Below are positions 52,002 to 64,000 of a stretch of 64,000 bases of DNA, one piece after another; the first letter of the stretch is position 1, and the number at the start of each line of letters is the position of its first letter. The stretch is taken from NCBI GenBank assembly GCA_964016885.1, contig OZ024763.1, positions 27,342,001-27,406,000 on the forward strand, read 5' to 3'. The translations under genes and the position numbers were made by a program. This DNA is from Eledone cirrhosa. Taxonomy: Eukaryota. The notes below the pieces were generated by a model. It saw only the letters and a list, made by a program, of their open reading frames with translations. It did not search any database and was not told the origin of the DNA.

Positions 52002-53517
52002 AACTCTATAATTTGACAAGCTCTATAATTTGACAAGCTGTATAATTTGACAAGCTCTATAATTTGACAAGCTGTATAATTTGACAAACTCTATAATCTG
52101 ACAAACTCTATAATCTGACAAACTCTATAATTTGACAAACTCTATAATCTGACAAGCTCTATAATCTGACAAACTCTATAATTTGACAAACTCTATAATC
52201 TGACAAACTCTATAATCTGACAAACTCTATAATCTGACAAACTCTATAATTTGACAAACTCTATAATCTGACAAACTCTATAATCTGACAAGCTCTATAA
52301 TCTGACAAACTCTATAATCTGACAAGCTCTATAATCTGACAAACTCTATAATTTGACAAACTCTATAATCTGACAAACTCTATAATTTGACAAACTCTAT
52401 AATCTGACAAGCTCTATAATTTGACAAACTCTATAATCTGAGAAACTGTATAATTTGACAAACTCTATAATCTGACAAGCTCTATAATTTGACAAACTCT
52501 ATAATCTGACAAGCTCTATAATTTGACAAACTCTATAATCTGACAAGCTCTATAATTTGACAAACTCTATAATCTGACAAGCTCTATAATTTGACAAACT
52601 CTATAATCTGAGAAACTGTATAATTTGACAAACTCTATAATCTGACAAACTCTATAATTTGACAAACTCTATAATTTGACAAGCTCTATAATTTGACAAA
52701 CTCTATAATCTGACAAACTCTATAATTTGACAAACTCTATAATCTGACAAACTCTATAATTTGACAAACTCTATAATCTGACAAACTCTATAATTTGACA
52801 AACTCTATAATCTGACAAGCTCTATAATTTGACAAACTCTATAATCTGAGAAACTGTATAATTTGACAAACTCTATAATCTGACAAGCTCTATAATTTGA
52901 CAAACTCTATAATCTGACAAGCTCTATAATTTGACAAACTCTATAATCTGACAAACTCTATAATTTGACAAACTCTATAATCTGACAAGCTCTATAATTT
53001 GACAAACTCTATAATCTGACAAGCTCTATAATTTGACAAACTCTATAATCTGACAAACTCTATAATTTGACAAACTCTATAATCTGACAAGCTCTATAAT
53101 CTGACAAGCTCTATAATTTGACAAACTCTATAATTTGACAAACTCTATAATCTGACAAGCTCTATAATTTGACAAACTCTATAATCTGACAAACTCTATA
53201 ATTTGACAAACTCTATAATCTGACAAGCTCTATAATTTGACAAACTCTATAATCTGACAAGCTCTATAATTTGACAAACTCTATAATCTGACAAACTCTA
53301 TAATTTGACAAACTCTATAATCTGACAAGCTCTATAATCTGACAAGCTCTATAATTTGACAAACTCTATAATCTGACAAACTCTATAATTTGACAAACTC
53401 TATAATCTGACAAGCTCTATAATTTGACAAACTCTATAATCTGACAAGCTCTATAATTTGACAAACTCTATAATCTGACAAACTCTATAATCTGACAAGC
53501 TCTATAATTTGACAAGC
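52002..53517. repeat. 17-bp minisatellite (~89 copies)
   Basis: a(a/g)ctctataat(t/c)tgaca. Confidence 0.97.
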
Positions 53518-53951
53518 GATTGCAATACTCTTAGCAGAGTTTGCAGCCATCATATATGTATGACCTTTCAGCCACCTCTTCTTATCACCTTTTTAAAAAC
53601 TTCCTTCCCTAACCTTCTCACATTACTCTTGCAGTATCGGTAGAGGCTCGGACATGCTTTCCAGCATAGTTACGTCCCTTTATGATCTGAGTTCAAATCC
53701 CGCCGAGGTTAACTTTGCCTTTCATCCATACCGGGTCGATAAAATAAAGTACCAGTAATGTACTGGGTAATTGCTGGCCTTGTGCCAAAAGTAGAAACAA
53801 TTACTCTTACGTCTATCTGTTCTCTCTTTATCCGAACTTTCCTGAAGAAGGACTTCTGTCCAAAACGTTGACACCTCCTCCACTTTTTCCAAGCGTGAAC
53901 ATAATATAACTGTAAATTTGCCATCTGTGTTTTGTTTGTTTCATTTATTAA

Positions 53952-54016
<65 letters not shown>

Positions 54017-54469
54017 CACACACACACATATATATATATATACACACATGAATGGACATGTTATTTTTCTCTAAAAACATTTTTCTGCTCTGCCCGTCCC
54101 TTCAATCTGGTGGTGCTGGTGGTGGTGTTGATGGTGATAATGGTGGTGGTGGTGGTGATAATGGTGATAATGGTGTTGGTGGTGGTGCTCTTGTTGTTGT
54201 TGGTGGTGGTGTTGGTGGTGTTGGTGGTGTTGATGGTGTTGGTGGTGATAATGGTGTTGGTGGTGTTGGTGGTGTTGATGGTGATAATGGTATTGGTGGT
54301 GGTGCTCTTGTTGTTGTTGTTGTTGGTGGTGGTGGTAGTGGTGGTGGTGGTGGTGGTGGTGGTGTTGGTGGTGGTAATAATATTCCGTCTCGTTAAATGG
54401 AACATTCCCGAAGGAACCATTTTTAGCAATGATTCCATTCATCAATTGTATTTAATACATTAAACACAC

Positions 54470-55100
54470 AGACACTGACATACATACATGTATACACACT
54501 GGCACACACACATATATACACACACTGACACATATACACGCACACTGACATACATACATACATACATACATACATACACACACACTGGCACACATATATA
54601 TATATATTTATACACACACTGACACATATACACGCACACTGACATACATACATACATACATGTATACACACACTGGAACACACATATATATAAACACACT
54701 GACACATATACACGCACACTGACATACATACATACATACATACATACATACATGTATACACACATTGGCACACACATATATATACACACACTGACACATA
54801 TACACGCACACTGACATACATACATACATACATGTATACACACACTGGCACACATATATATACACACACTGACACATATACACGCACACTGACATACATA
54901 CATACATACATGTATACACACACTGGCACACACATATATATATATACACACACACTGGCACATACATATATATACACACACTGACACATATACACGCGCA
55001 CTGACATACATACATACATACATACACACACACTGGCACACATATATATATATATATATTTATACACACACTGACACACACATATATACGCACACTGATT

Positions 55101-55131
<31 letters not shown>

Positions 55132-55140
55132 ACTCACTGA
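54470..55140. repeat. Compound (CA/TA) minisatellite
   Basis: Repeated cactgacacatatacacgcacactgacatacata blocks. Confidence 0.85.
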
Positions 55141-55328
55141 CATATATATGCAAACACATAATAGCACACCGTCACATGGTTCCATGGGCCCAGTTAGTGC
55201 GTATATGTGTGTGTTGGTGTGCTATTATGTGTATGTATGTTGTCTTTCTATATGTGTTTGCGTGTGATATGTAATGTCGCTGCCCGCATGTGATATACAT
55301 ACATACATACATATATATATATACATAC

Positions 55329-55393
<65 letters not shown>

Positions 55394-55565
55394 TTTGTCC
55401 TCACATATTATCTTAGCTGGATGGACAGCGGATATCGGCCGTATCTATTCGGGGAAGCTAACGGCTCTATTTTCGGCACCACACTGCTCTAGCTAACTGT
55501 TTTTGTATTTCCTCTCACTATTTCCCATTGTGAGCACAGGATGTGATGACGTCTTTATGCGTGTC

Positions 55566-55708
<143 letters not shown>

Positions 55709-55751
55709 ACGCACACACACACACACACGCACACACACACACACGCGCGCA

Positions 55752-55806
<55 letters not shown>

Positions 55807-55986
55807 ATGTATGTATATATATGTGGTGGCTGCCAACTCGTTTTCGAGTACGACCACTACTTTATATCCATGTAGGAGAAACCCTACCGATGCGCTGAAC
55901 AAGTGTGACTTTTTAGTCCAACCAGCGACTTGAAAACTCTGGTACAAACACTACACTTGTGACAATTATTGACATACATACATACA

Positions 55987-56017
<31 letters not shown>

Positions 56018-56669
56018 GGTTAAGAGAGTGGGACTGGCTTTGTGCAGTGCCTTTGCTCACTAAAAAAGCTTCACGGCAGAGGCATTGCTTTATATCTGGA
56101 GATCTCTCTGCACTTGTCGTCACATGGTACCATGGGCCCAGCACTATGTGTCAATAATTGTCACAAGTGTAGTGTTTGTACCAGAGTTTTCAAGTCGCTG
56201 GCTGGACTAAAAAGTCACATTCGTTCAGCGCATCGGTAGGGGTTCTCCTACATGAATATAAAGTAGTGGCCGTACTCGAAAACGAGTTGGCAGCCACCAT
56301 ATATATACATACATACATATATCATCTTGGTTAAGAGAGTGGGACTGGCTTTGTGCAGTGCCTTTGCTCACTATAAAAGCTTCACGGCAGAGGCATTGCT
56401 TTATATCTGGAGATCTCTCTGCACTTGTCGTCACATGGTACCATGGGCCCAGCACTATGTGTCAATAATTGTCACAAGTGTAGTGTTTGTACCAGAGTTT
56501 TCAAGTCGCTGGCTGGACTAAAAAGTCACACTCGTTCAGCGCATCGGTAGGGGTTCTCCTACATGGATATAAAGAAATGGCCGTACTCGAAAACGAGTTG
56601 GCAGCCACCATATATATACATATATATATATCATCATTTTTGGTTTCTGATTTAGGTAAAAGGCCAACA

Positions 56670-56784
<115 letters not shown>

Positions 56785-56794
56785 AACCAGTAAG

Positions 56795-56888
56795 ACCCCG
56801 ACAGCTGAGCTCAAGCCGTTTCGACGGCTAATTCTGGACTAAATGAAAATTTATCCTGGTATTTAAATAGCCGATCTTCTCAAGGGGT
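56795..56888 (-). ncRNA. Type I hammerhead ribozyme, U3-A8 variant, in inverted pLTR
   Basis: Reverse complement of the same motif. Confidence 0.78.
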
Positions 56889-58229
56889 AATTCCATATAT
56901 GGTCAAAGTGATTGTCAAAAATCGGTAGTAATTCTGTGGTTGCAAATTAGTAGGGGAGATGGTGGCTAAACCTGCCAGTAGGAGAAAGAGGGGAGGGGGT
57001 GGAGTAGACCCAATCAAGCGTTGGTAGTGCCAGCTACAGCTGGGCATGAGGTCAAAGAAGATACAGGGGAGGGGGATGAAGTCGGAACGGTAGGTAGAAC
57101 AATGGGGTGTAGAAATATATAGGAAAGAAAAAATACTGAGAGTGAAGAAAAGCAAATAAGTGTAAAGAAAAAAGTAAAGTAAATTAAATTCTACGACCTA
57201 GGTCTCTAGCTATTGTTAGGCTAGAATGTGGGCGAGAAAAGACGCCGACGTCGGGTGGGCGAGAAAAGACGCCGACGACGGCGTCTTTTCTCGCCCACCC
57301 GAGGCTGCCCTTTGGCCCCTTGTAGCCATAGTACCCCCACCCCCTCCCCTAGTCTATGATAGATTTGGCGGACTCCGCCCTTTATAGCAGTTGGTTGTCC
57401 CTTGTCCCCTTTTTCCGACCGCTCCCACTATTCTCTGTGCCCTCTATATTTCTTAGTGGCACTTATGCCTTATTTTTCGTTTCAGTATTTCTTTCTTCGC
57501 TTTTCTTTTGGGCGGGGTGGATTCTGAATTTATTTTTCCGTATTCTACCTTTGCTTCGTACGAACTTTCATGTAGCTTGTTTTAGATCTTTTAGAGTTAG
57601 CTTTAGTATATATTTTTCTCGGGACTCAGAATTATTATCTCGTACTAGTTCACTTTGCTGCACTGGGTGGTTGCTGGCATTGTGCCCGGGATGGAAACCT
57701 TTATTGTTTATTTCGTGGTAGTCTCTTTAGTATTTTGGCCCCTTTTGTTGACCCGTCACCGTATCATTTACGTACTTATACCTCTTAAAAGGGTCCTTGC
57801 CTATTCCGTCCCACCTAGTTCTTTTACTTATTTCGTTATTTCTTTATTTACTTCTTTCTTTCTTTCTTTCTTTATTTATTTATTTATTCTAGCCTAACAA
57901 TAGCTAGAGACCTAGGTCGTAGAATTTAATTTACTTTACTTTTTTCTTTACACTTATTTGCTTTTCTTCACTCTCAGTATTTTTTCTTTCCTATATATTT
58001 CTACCCCCCATTGGTCTACCTACCGTTCCGACTTCCTCCCCCTCCCCCTCCCCTGTATCTTCTTTGACCTCATGCCCAGCTGTAGCTGGCACTACCAACG
58101 CTTGATTGGGTCTACTCCACCCCTCCCCTCTTTCTCCTACTGGCAGGTTTAGCCACCATCTCCCCTACTAATTTGCAACCACAGAATTACTACCGATTTT
58201 TGACAATCACTTTGACCATATATGGAATT

Positions 58230-58323
58230 ACCCCTTGAGAAGATCGGCTATTTAAATACCAGGATAAATTTTCATTTAGTCCAGAATTAGCCGTCGAAAC
58301 GGCTTGAGCTCAGCTGTCGGGGT
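58230..58323 (+). ncRNA. Type I hammerhead ribozyme, U3-A8 core variant, in 5' pLTR
   Basis: ACCCC-UUGAGAA-GAUCGGCUA...UAGCCGUC-GAAA-CGGC-uugagcuca-GCUG-UC^GGGGU; predicted cleavage after 58318. Confidence 0.8.
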
Positions 58324-58508
58324 CTTACTGGTTCATATTACCCACTCTACTACCTCAAGTATTGAGTACTTTGGTGCGTTATGGTCCACCTGGTTCCTTA
58401 CCACATTTCCTTCGTTATCTAGCTCCTACTCCCGTAGTAGAGCACTTTCCGACCCTACCACGCCGTATCCAGACTTTTCCGCTAAGCTCAATTCATTTCA
58501 CCCGCACC

Positions 58509-60674
58509 ATGCGAAAACACAACATTGACTTCTCTACCAAGAACATCCCAATCCCACCGAAAAAACTTTACCTTCGGATGCTCACGCAAAAAATCGATCT
58601 ATTTGCGAAAAGACTTAGATGGAGAACTTTTTTCTATGACAGATATTGCGACAACCAAGACTTCGGCACCAAGGAGAGATTCGGATTTATTACCTACAAA
58701 TCTCCGCCCCTGAACCCCTTGCTCGCACCCTTCGAGAATGACCTCTTCCAACTGGTCAAGAACATTAAATTTAAACCCAGACACAACCGATTCCTACAAA
58801 AACTCCGTAGCAACTTAACAGAGTATGATAACACAAATGATATCATGGTGCATTCGGATAAAACTGGGAACCTATACTTTGTCAACCCTGACAGATACCA
58901 CACACTGATCAGGAGCAGCCTAAACTCCACCTATAAAAAGGCCAACCACTCTTGCATCGAGGATATAAATCGAGATGGACAACAAATCACCTCCAGCCTC
59001 GGGGTTGCCGACCGCACGGAACCTCTAGACCCACGGACACCATACTTCACACTGAAGGACCATAAATCCGATTTTGACCGTAAACCCTCTATCAGGCTTA
59101 TTAACCCAACGAAGTCCGACATAGGGAGAATCAGCAAAAAAATCCTAGACCGCGTGATACCAAAAGTCAAGCAACACACCCGACTTAGCCTATGGATCAA
59201 CACCCAGGAAGTAATCTCCTGGTTCAGCAATATGGAGGATAAACGAGAAACTAAATTCATACAGTTCGACATAGAGAGCTACTATGCTTCAATCACCTTA
59301 CCGCTACTTACTGCCGCCTTGGACTTCGCCGAAACACTTGTGCCCATCACCGACCAGGAAAGAAAAATCATCCTCCACGCCAGGAAGACAGTCTTACTCT
59401 TTGACGACTCTAAATGGATAAAAAGAGCTCCCGACTCACCCTTCGACGTCAGCATGGGCGCCACGGATTCGGCGGAGGTCACAGATCTTATAGGATTATT
59501 CCTAATAGCCAAACTCACTGATATGTTTTCTGCATTCGGTGGTGGATTGTACCGTGATGATGGGCTCCTTACCCTCAAAGGGTACAACCCCAGTAGTACA
59601 GATCGGGTCCGGAAACAATTAATCAGATTCTTCCGCGACTGGGGATTTAAAATAACCCTACAAACGTCCCTGACCCGAGTAAACTTCCTGGACGTGACCC
59701 TCGACCTCGAAAACGACCTGTACTACCCATACAGGAAACCTAATGACAATCTGCACTACATCCACCGCCGATCAAACCATCCTAGGAACATCACAAACAA
59801 CCTGGTCAGAAACATCTCCCTCCGCATATCCCGTTTGTCAGCTAATGAGCGGATATTCGATGAACATGCGCCTTATTACAACCAGGCCCTCAAGCGGAGT
59901 GGTTTCCGGGAGGAAATATCCTACTGTCCAGCTCCCATTAGCGGAACCAGCAGGAGACACCGCCGCTCACGCAATGTAACATGGTTCAATCCTCCCCACA
60001 ACGCAGAGGTGACAACTCCCATCGGGAAACTATTCTTTAGGCTCATTGAAAAACACTTCCCATTACAACACCGCTACCACAACATAATTAACAAAAATAC
60101 CATCAAACTCTCTTACAGCACTACACCTAACTTCGCACAAAACATCGTCTCCTCTAACAACAAAAAACTCAACCCCGATGGCAGAAATAACCTAAATAGC
60201 AGTGGAGAACCGACCAGGAGGTGTAACTGCCCGGATAGATCTATTTGCCCACTCGACAATAGATGCCGAGACCGTAATGTGATCTACCAGTGCAACGTGA
60301 GGACGGATACCTCCAACAAAGCCTATATAGGACTTACCACATGTGACTTCAAGACCCGGCTATACCAACATAGACATACCTTCCGAAACCCGGCCCGGCG
60401 TCACGCCACTACACTTTCGGGCCACATATGGGACCTCAAGGACAACAACATCACCTATGATCTCACTTGGAGATTACTGTCCAGAGCCAATTCTTACACG
60501 GGAGGACGTCGTCCGTGCAATTTATGCTCGGAGGAAACTTTACAAATGCTGTTTTCGACGGACCAACTCCTAAACAAGAAAGATGAACTGGTTACTGCAT
60601 GTAAACATAGATTGCGTAGGACTTACCTCGCCCTCAAACCCCATAATGACCCGGGGGGGGGGGGGGTAGACTAG
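58509..60674 (+). CDS. Penelope-like reverse transcriptase / GIY-YIG endonuclease polyprotein (~721 aa from ATG 58509)
   Basis: RT motifs TLKDHK..RLINP, QFDIESYYASI, MGATDSAEV, GLYRDDGL, VNFLDV; WFNPP; CNC-x5-C-x5-C linker; VIYQC...AYIGLT..FKTR..H endonuclease; CNLCSEE, LNKKDE, CKH. Confidence 0.95.
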   Translation: MRKHNIDFSTKNIPIPPKKLYLRMLTQKIDLFAKRLRWRTFFYDRYCDNQDFGTKERFGFITYKSPPLNPLLAPFENDLFQLVKNIKFKPRHNRFLQKLRSNLTEYDNTNDIMVHSDKTGNLYFVNPDRYHTLIRSSLNSTYKKANHSCIEDINRDGQQITSSLGVADRTEPLDPRTPYFTLKDHKSDFDRKPSIRLINPTKSDIGRISKKILDRVIPKVKQHTRLSLWINTQEVISWFSNMEDKRETKFIQFDIESYYASITLPLLTAALDFAETLVPITDQERKIILHARKTVLLFDDSKWIKRAPDSPFDVSMGATDSAEVTDLIGLFLIAKLTDMFSAFGGGLYRDDGLLTLKGYNPSSTDRVRKQLIRFFRDWGFKITLQTSLTRVNFLDVTLDLENDLYYPYRKPNDNLHYIHRRSNHPRNITNNLVRNISLRISRLSANERIFDEHAPYYNQALKRSGFREEISYCPAPISGTSRRHRRSRNVTWFNPPHNAEVTTPIGKLFFRLIEKHFPLQHRYHNIINKNTIKLSYSTTPNFAQNIVSSNNKKLNPDGRNNLNSSGEPTRRCNCPDRSICPLDNRCRDRNVIYQCNVRTDTSNKAYIGLTTCDFKTRLYQHRHTFRNPARRHATTLSGHIWDLKDNNITYDLTWRLLSRANSYTGGRRPCNLCSEETLQMLFSTDQLLNKKDELVTACKHRLRRTYLALKPHNDPGGGGVD

Positions 60675-61775
60675 GGCTATAACACCCCACTTGCCGATTT
60701 TGCAATGGGTAACCCCTGCTTGCCAAGGGAGACGTAAGATCTTCTTTGTATTCTTTTATCGCTTCCTTTATTTCCTTCCCCCCTCTCTCCTTAGTCCTTC
60801 TACCCCAGCTCTTCTCCTTTGACGGCGTATTTTCTCGCCCACCCGTGGCTGCCCTTTGGCCCCTTGTAGCCATAGTACTCCCACCCCCTCCCCTAGTCTA
60901 TGATAGATTTGGCGGACTCCGCCCTTTATAGCAGTTGGTTTAGACCCCGGATACTTGTCCCCTTTTTCCGACCGCTCCCACTATTCTCTGTGCCCTCTAT
61001 ATTTCTTAGTGGCACTTATGCCTTATTTTTCGTTTCAGTATTTCTTTCTTCGCTTTTCTTTTGGGCGGGGTGGATTCTGAATTTATTTTTCCGTATTCTA
61101 CCTTTGCTTCGTACGAACTTTCATGTAGCTTGTTTTAGATCTTTTAGAGTTAGCTTTAGTATATATTTTTCTCGGGACTCAGAATTATTATCTCGTACTA
61201 GTTCACTTTGCTGCACTGGGTGGTTGCTGGCATTGTGCCCGGGATGGAAACCTTTATTGTTTATTTCGTGGTAGTCTCTTTAGTATTTTGGCCCCTTTTG
61301 TTGACCCGTCACCGTATCATTTACGTACTTATACCTCTTAAAAGGGTCCTTGCCTATTCCGTCCCACCTAGTTCTTTTACTCATTTCGTTATTTCTTTAT
61401 TTACTTCTTTCTTTCTTTCTTTATTTATTTATTCTAGCCTAACATTAGCTAGAGACCTAGGTCGTAGAATTTAATTTACTTTACTTTTTTCTTTACACTT
61501 ATTTGCTTTTCTTCACTCTCAGTATTTTTTCTTTCCTATATATTTCTACCCCCCATTGTTCTACCTACCGTTCTGACTTCCTCCCCCTCCCCCTCCCCTG
61601 TATCTTCTTTGACCTCATGCCCAGCTGTAGCTGGCACTACCAACGCTTGATTGGGTCTACTCCACCCCCTCCCCTCTTTCTCCTACTGGCAGGTTTAGCC
61701 ACCATCTCCCCTACTAATTTGCAACCACAGAATTACTACCGATTTTTGACAATCACTTTGACCATATATGGAATT

Positions 61776-61869
61776 ACCCCTTGAGAAGATCGGCTATTTA
61801 AATACCAGGATAAATTTTCATTTAGTCCAGAATTAGCCGTCGAAACGGCTTGAGCTCAGCTGTCGGGGT
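61776..61869 (+). ncRNA. Type I hammerhead ribozyme, U3-A8 variant, in 3' pLTR
   Basis: Same sequence as 58230-58323 at offset 3546; predicted cleavage after 61864. Confidence 0.8.
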
Positions 61870-61960
61870 CTTACTGGTTCCTATTACCCACTCTACTACC
61901 TCAAGTATTGAGTACTTTGGTGCGTTATGGTCCACCTGGTTCCTTACCACATTTCCTTCG

Positions 61961-62010
<50 letters not shown>

Positions 62011-62584
62011 ATACAAGGACGATTGGTTAAGCCTTCATTACATTTATTGGTTGGTGACGCACGTTTCGCTATTGATCAGCTCAAGGTTTGATCTGTATCG
62101 ATCTGGCTCGACTCTGGAATCAAAAGCTCGTCGAACCTCTGTTGTACTAATGACAGAATAAGTACAGTAACTCCCTGCATATATATATATATATTTCTAT
62201 ATATATTGGTTTATATTGGAATATATATATATATATATATATATTAGTTTCAGATTGAGGCCAACACGACTAATTTTTGCATTACTGGTACTTTATTAAA
62301 GATGAAAGGCAAAATTAACTTCGTCAGAATTTGAACTCAGATCTTAAAGGGCCGTAACTCTGTGTCATAAAGCATGTTGTTCGACGTTCCACCGGTACTG
62401 CAAAATCCGCCGCGTAAAAGTACCTAATGGTTTGTCGGATTATTTTCGTTTTTTTTATATATTTAGACAACTTTATATTTTCTTTATTTATCCTTTGCGA
62501 TCCTGTCGAACTTTCTTTCCCCTTTTCCATATAAAACACGAAACTAATAAGACTTTTTGTACCTATTTCGTCGTTTCCTTGAAC

Positions 62585-62657
<73 letters not shown>

Positions 62658-62780
62658 GGGGCCCAGAACCCAACGAAACTTGAGTACTTGTTTATGTCAC
62701 TGTTGTAATTATTTATACTAAACTTGTCCTATGGACTGAGTGCTCTTACTCTTGGATATTTCCACTTAACTTTTACTTCA

Positions 62781-62841
<61 letters not shown>

Positions 62842-62846
<5 letters not shown>

Positions 62847-63322
62847 TATTAAAATAACAGATTAAAGTTTAAGCAAAGAATCGCTGCTTTCACCCTTAAC
62901 GGGATCTTCTGAAACTAACAAAGTCAATCTGTAAACGCAGAACTGGATATTTCAAAAATCGTTGCAACCGGAGGAAGACAGGAAGACGATACTTTGGTTC
63001 GTGGAAACATTCGCGGGAAAAAACGAATAATACGTCATTAATAGGAGCGATGAAAAACAATTACGCGCAAAGACAGAACCACGTTTATGGTATAAAAGAG
63101 GTCGTAGACTAATGTTCTCTTAGGTGGTGCAGAGAGACGTTCTGTATCGGAGATTCATTTGGTCTCCTAGTTAGAATTTTAGTCTACGACTTCTGCTATG
63201 CCATTTACGTGGTTTTGTCTTTGCGTGCTATTGTTCTCCACGCTCCACATATGACTTATTATCTTCGTTTTTTCATTTGGTCATTCTATGATAGTATCTT
63301 GGTCAGCTTATGAAATTTTCAG

Positions 63323-63325
<3 letters not shown>
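62842..63325 (-). mobile_element. (TA)n-associated dispersed repeat, probably a Penelope-type pLTR (other copies 13780-14018, 28552-28700, 31460-31730)
   Basis: Shared aaaataacagattaaagtttaagcaaagaatcgctgctttcaccc sequence; these copies abut (TA)n and two have fold-back structure. Confidence 0.6.
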
Positions 63326-63364
<39 letters not shown>

Positions 63365-63648
63365 ATACTTTGGGAGGGTCATGTTGCCAATAAGAAACAC
63401 ACGCACCAGTTGCTTTCACTTCAATTTATTATATATTTATAAATTTACAAGTTTATAAATTTATAAATTTCTGGTTGGTTGGTTGGTTCCACAACCAGAT
63501 AGTTGTTTATATATAGTCATAGTTCTTTCGTCACACACTCTGTGACCTCTTCAGTGACTGGGGATTCCTTTCTTTGTTTCTGTGCCTCTCCTTTGTTCTG
63601 TCCTACGCCATTTTGTTTCTGTGTGTGTGTTGTGTGTTATGATTAGTT

Positions 63649-63747
<99 letters not shown>

Positions 63748-64000
63748 TATATATATACACAGTATATACATAAGTATGTACAGCCATACTGGTTTTGCTC
63801 GATGACAACTAAACTATCAGATATAGAATATATATGTCCTATGCTAGTTGAAGTGTGAAATCATACATCTGTGTTGAGATCTTATTCATATGTGTGTGTG
63901 TGTGCGTGTGTGCGTGTGTGTGTGTGTTTATGTGTGTACGTGTGCATGTAAGCATGTATATATAGATTATATTTATATATATATATATATATATATATAG

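Noticed and set aside
58362-60674. Selenoprotein recoding, reported for some Naiad elements; also the ORF-track start at 58362
   Set aside because: There is no in-frame UGA and the ORF ends in TAG. The 58362 start is a TTG within the pLTR; ATG 58509 is more plausible.
62870-62915. Hammerhead-like CAGAAGA-UCCC..GGGU-GAAA on the minus strand of the frequent TA-associated repeat
   Set aside because: U4 is replaced, there is no UH cleavage site and no convincing stem I.

Overview
Repeat-rich animal genomic DNA, most likely an octopus or other cephalopod. That assignment is inferred from the SINE families, spliceosomal GT-AG introns and very dense (TA)n/(CA)n/(TATG)n microsatellites. Contents: (1) the 3' eight exons of LSG1 (60S-maturation GTPase) on the + strand, 157-11194, with phase-consistent splice sites; (2) a convergent three-exon candidate gene on the - strand (30364 to 24666) encoding an unrecognised ~141-aa basic protein, followed by a ~6 kb satellite that may lie in its 3' UTR; (3) an apparently intact Penelope-like retroelement (RT + GIY-YIG, Naiad-type signatures) at ~56.8-62.0 kb, inserted in (TA)n, with two direct pseudo-LTRs and one inverted partial copy, each carrying a hammerhead ribozyme with a U3-A8 core variant; (4) several other minimal hammerheads, SINEs, LINE fragments (RTE, CR1, Vingi/Ingi-like, R4/Dong-like), piggyBac- and Tc1/pogo-type MITEs, minisatellites and a 2.7 kb tandem duplication. 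Most long ORFs in the six-frame track are artefacts of simple repeats. All family assignments come from motif recognition by eye; no database search was run.
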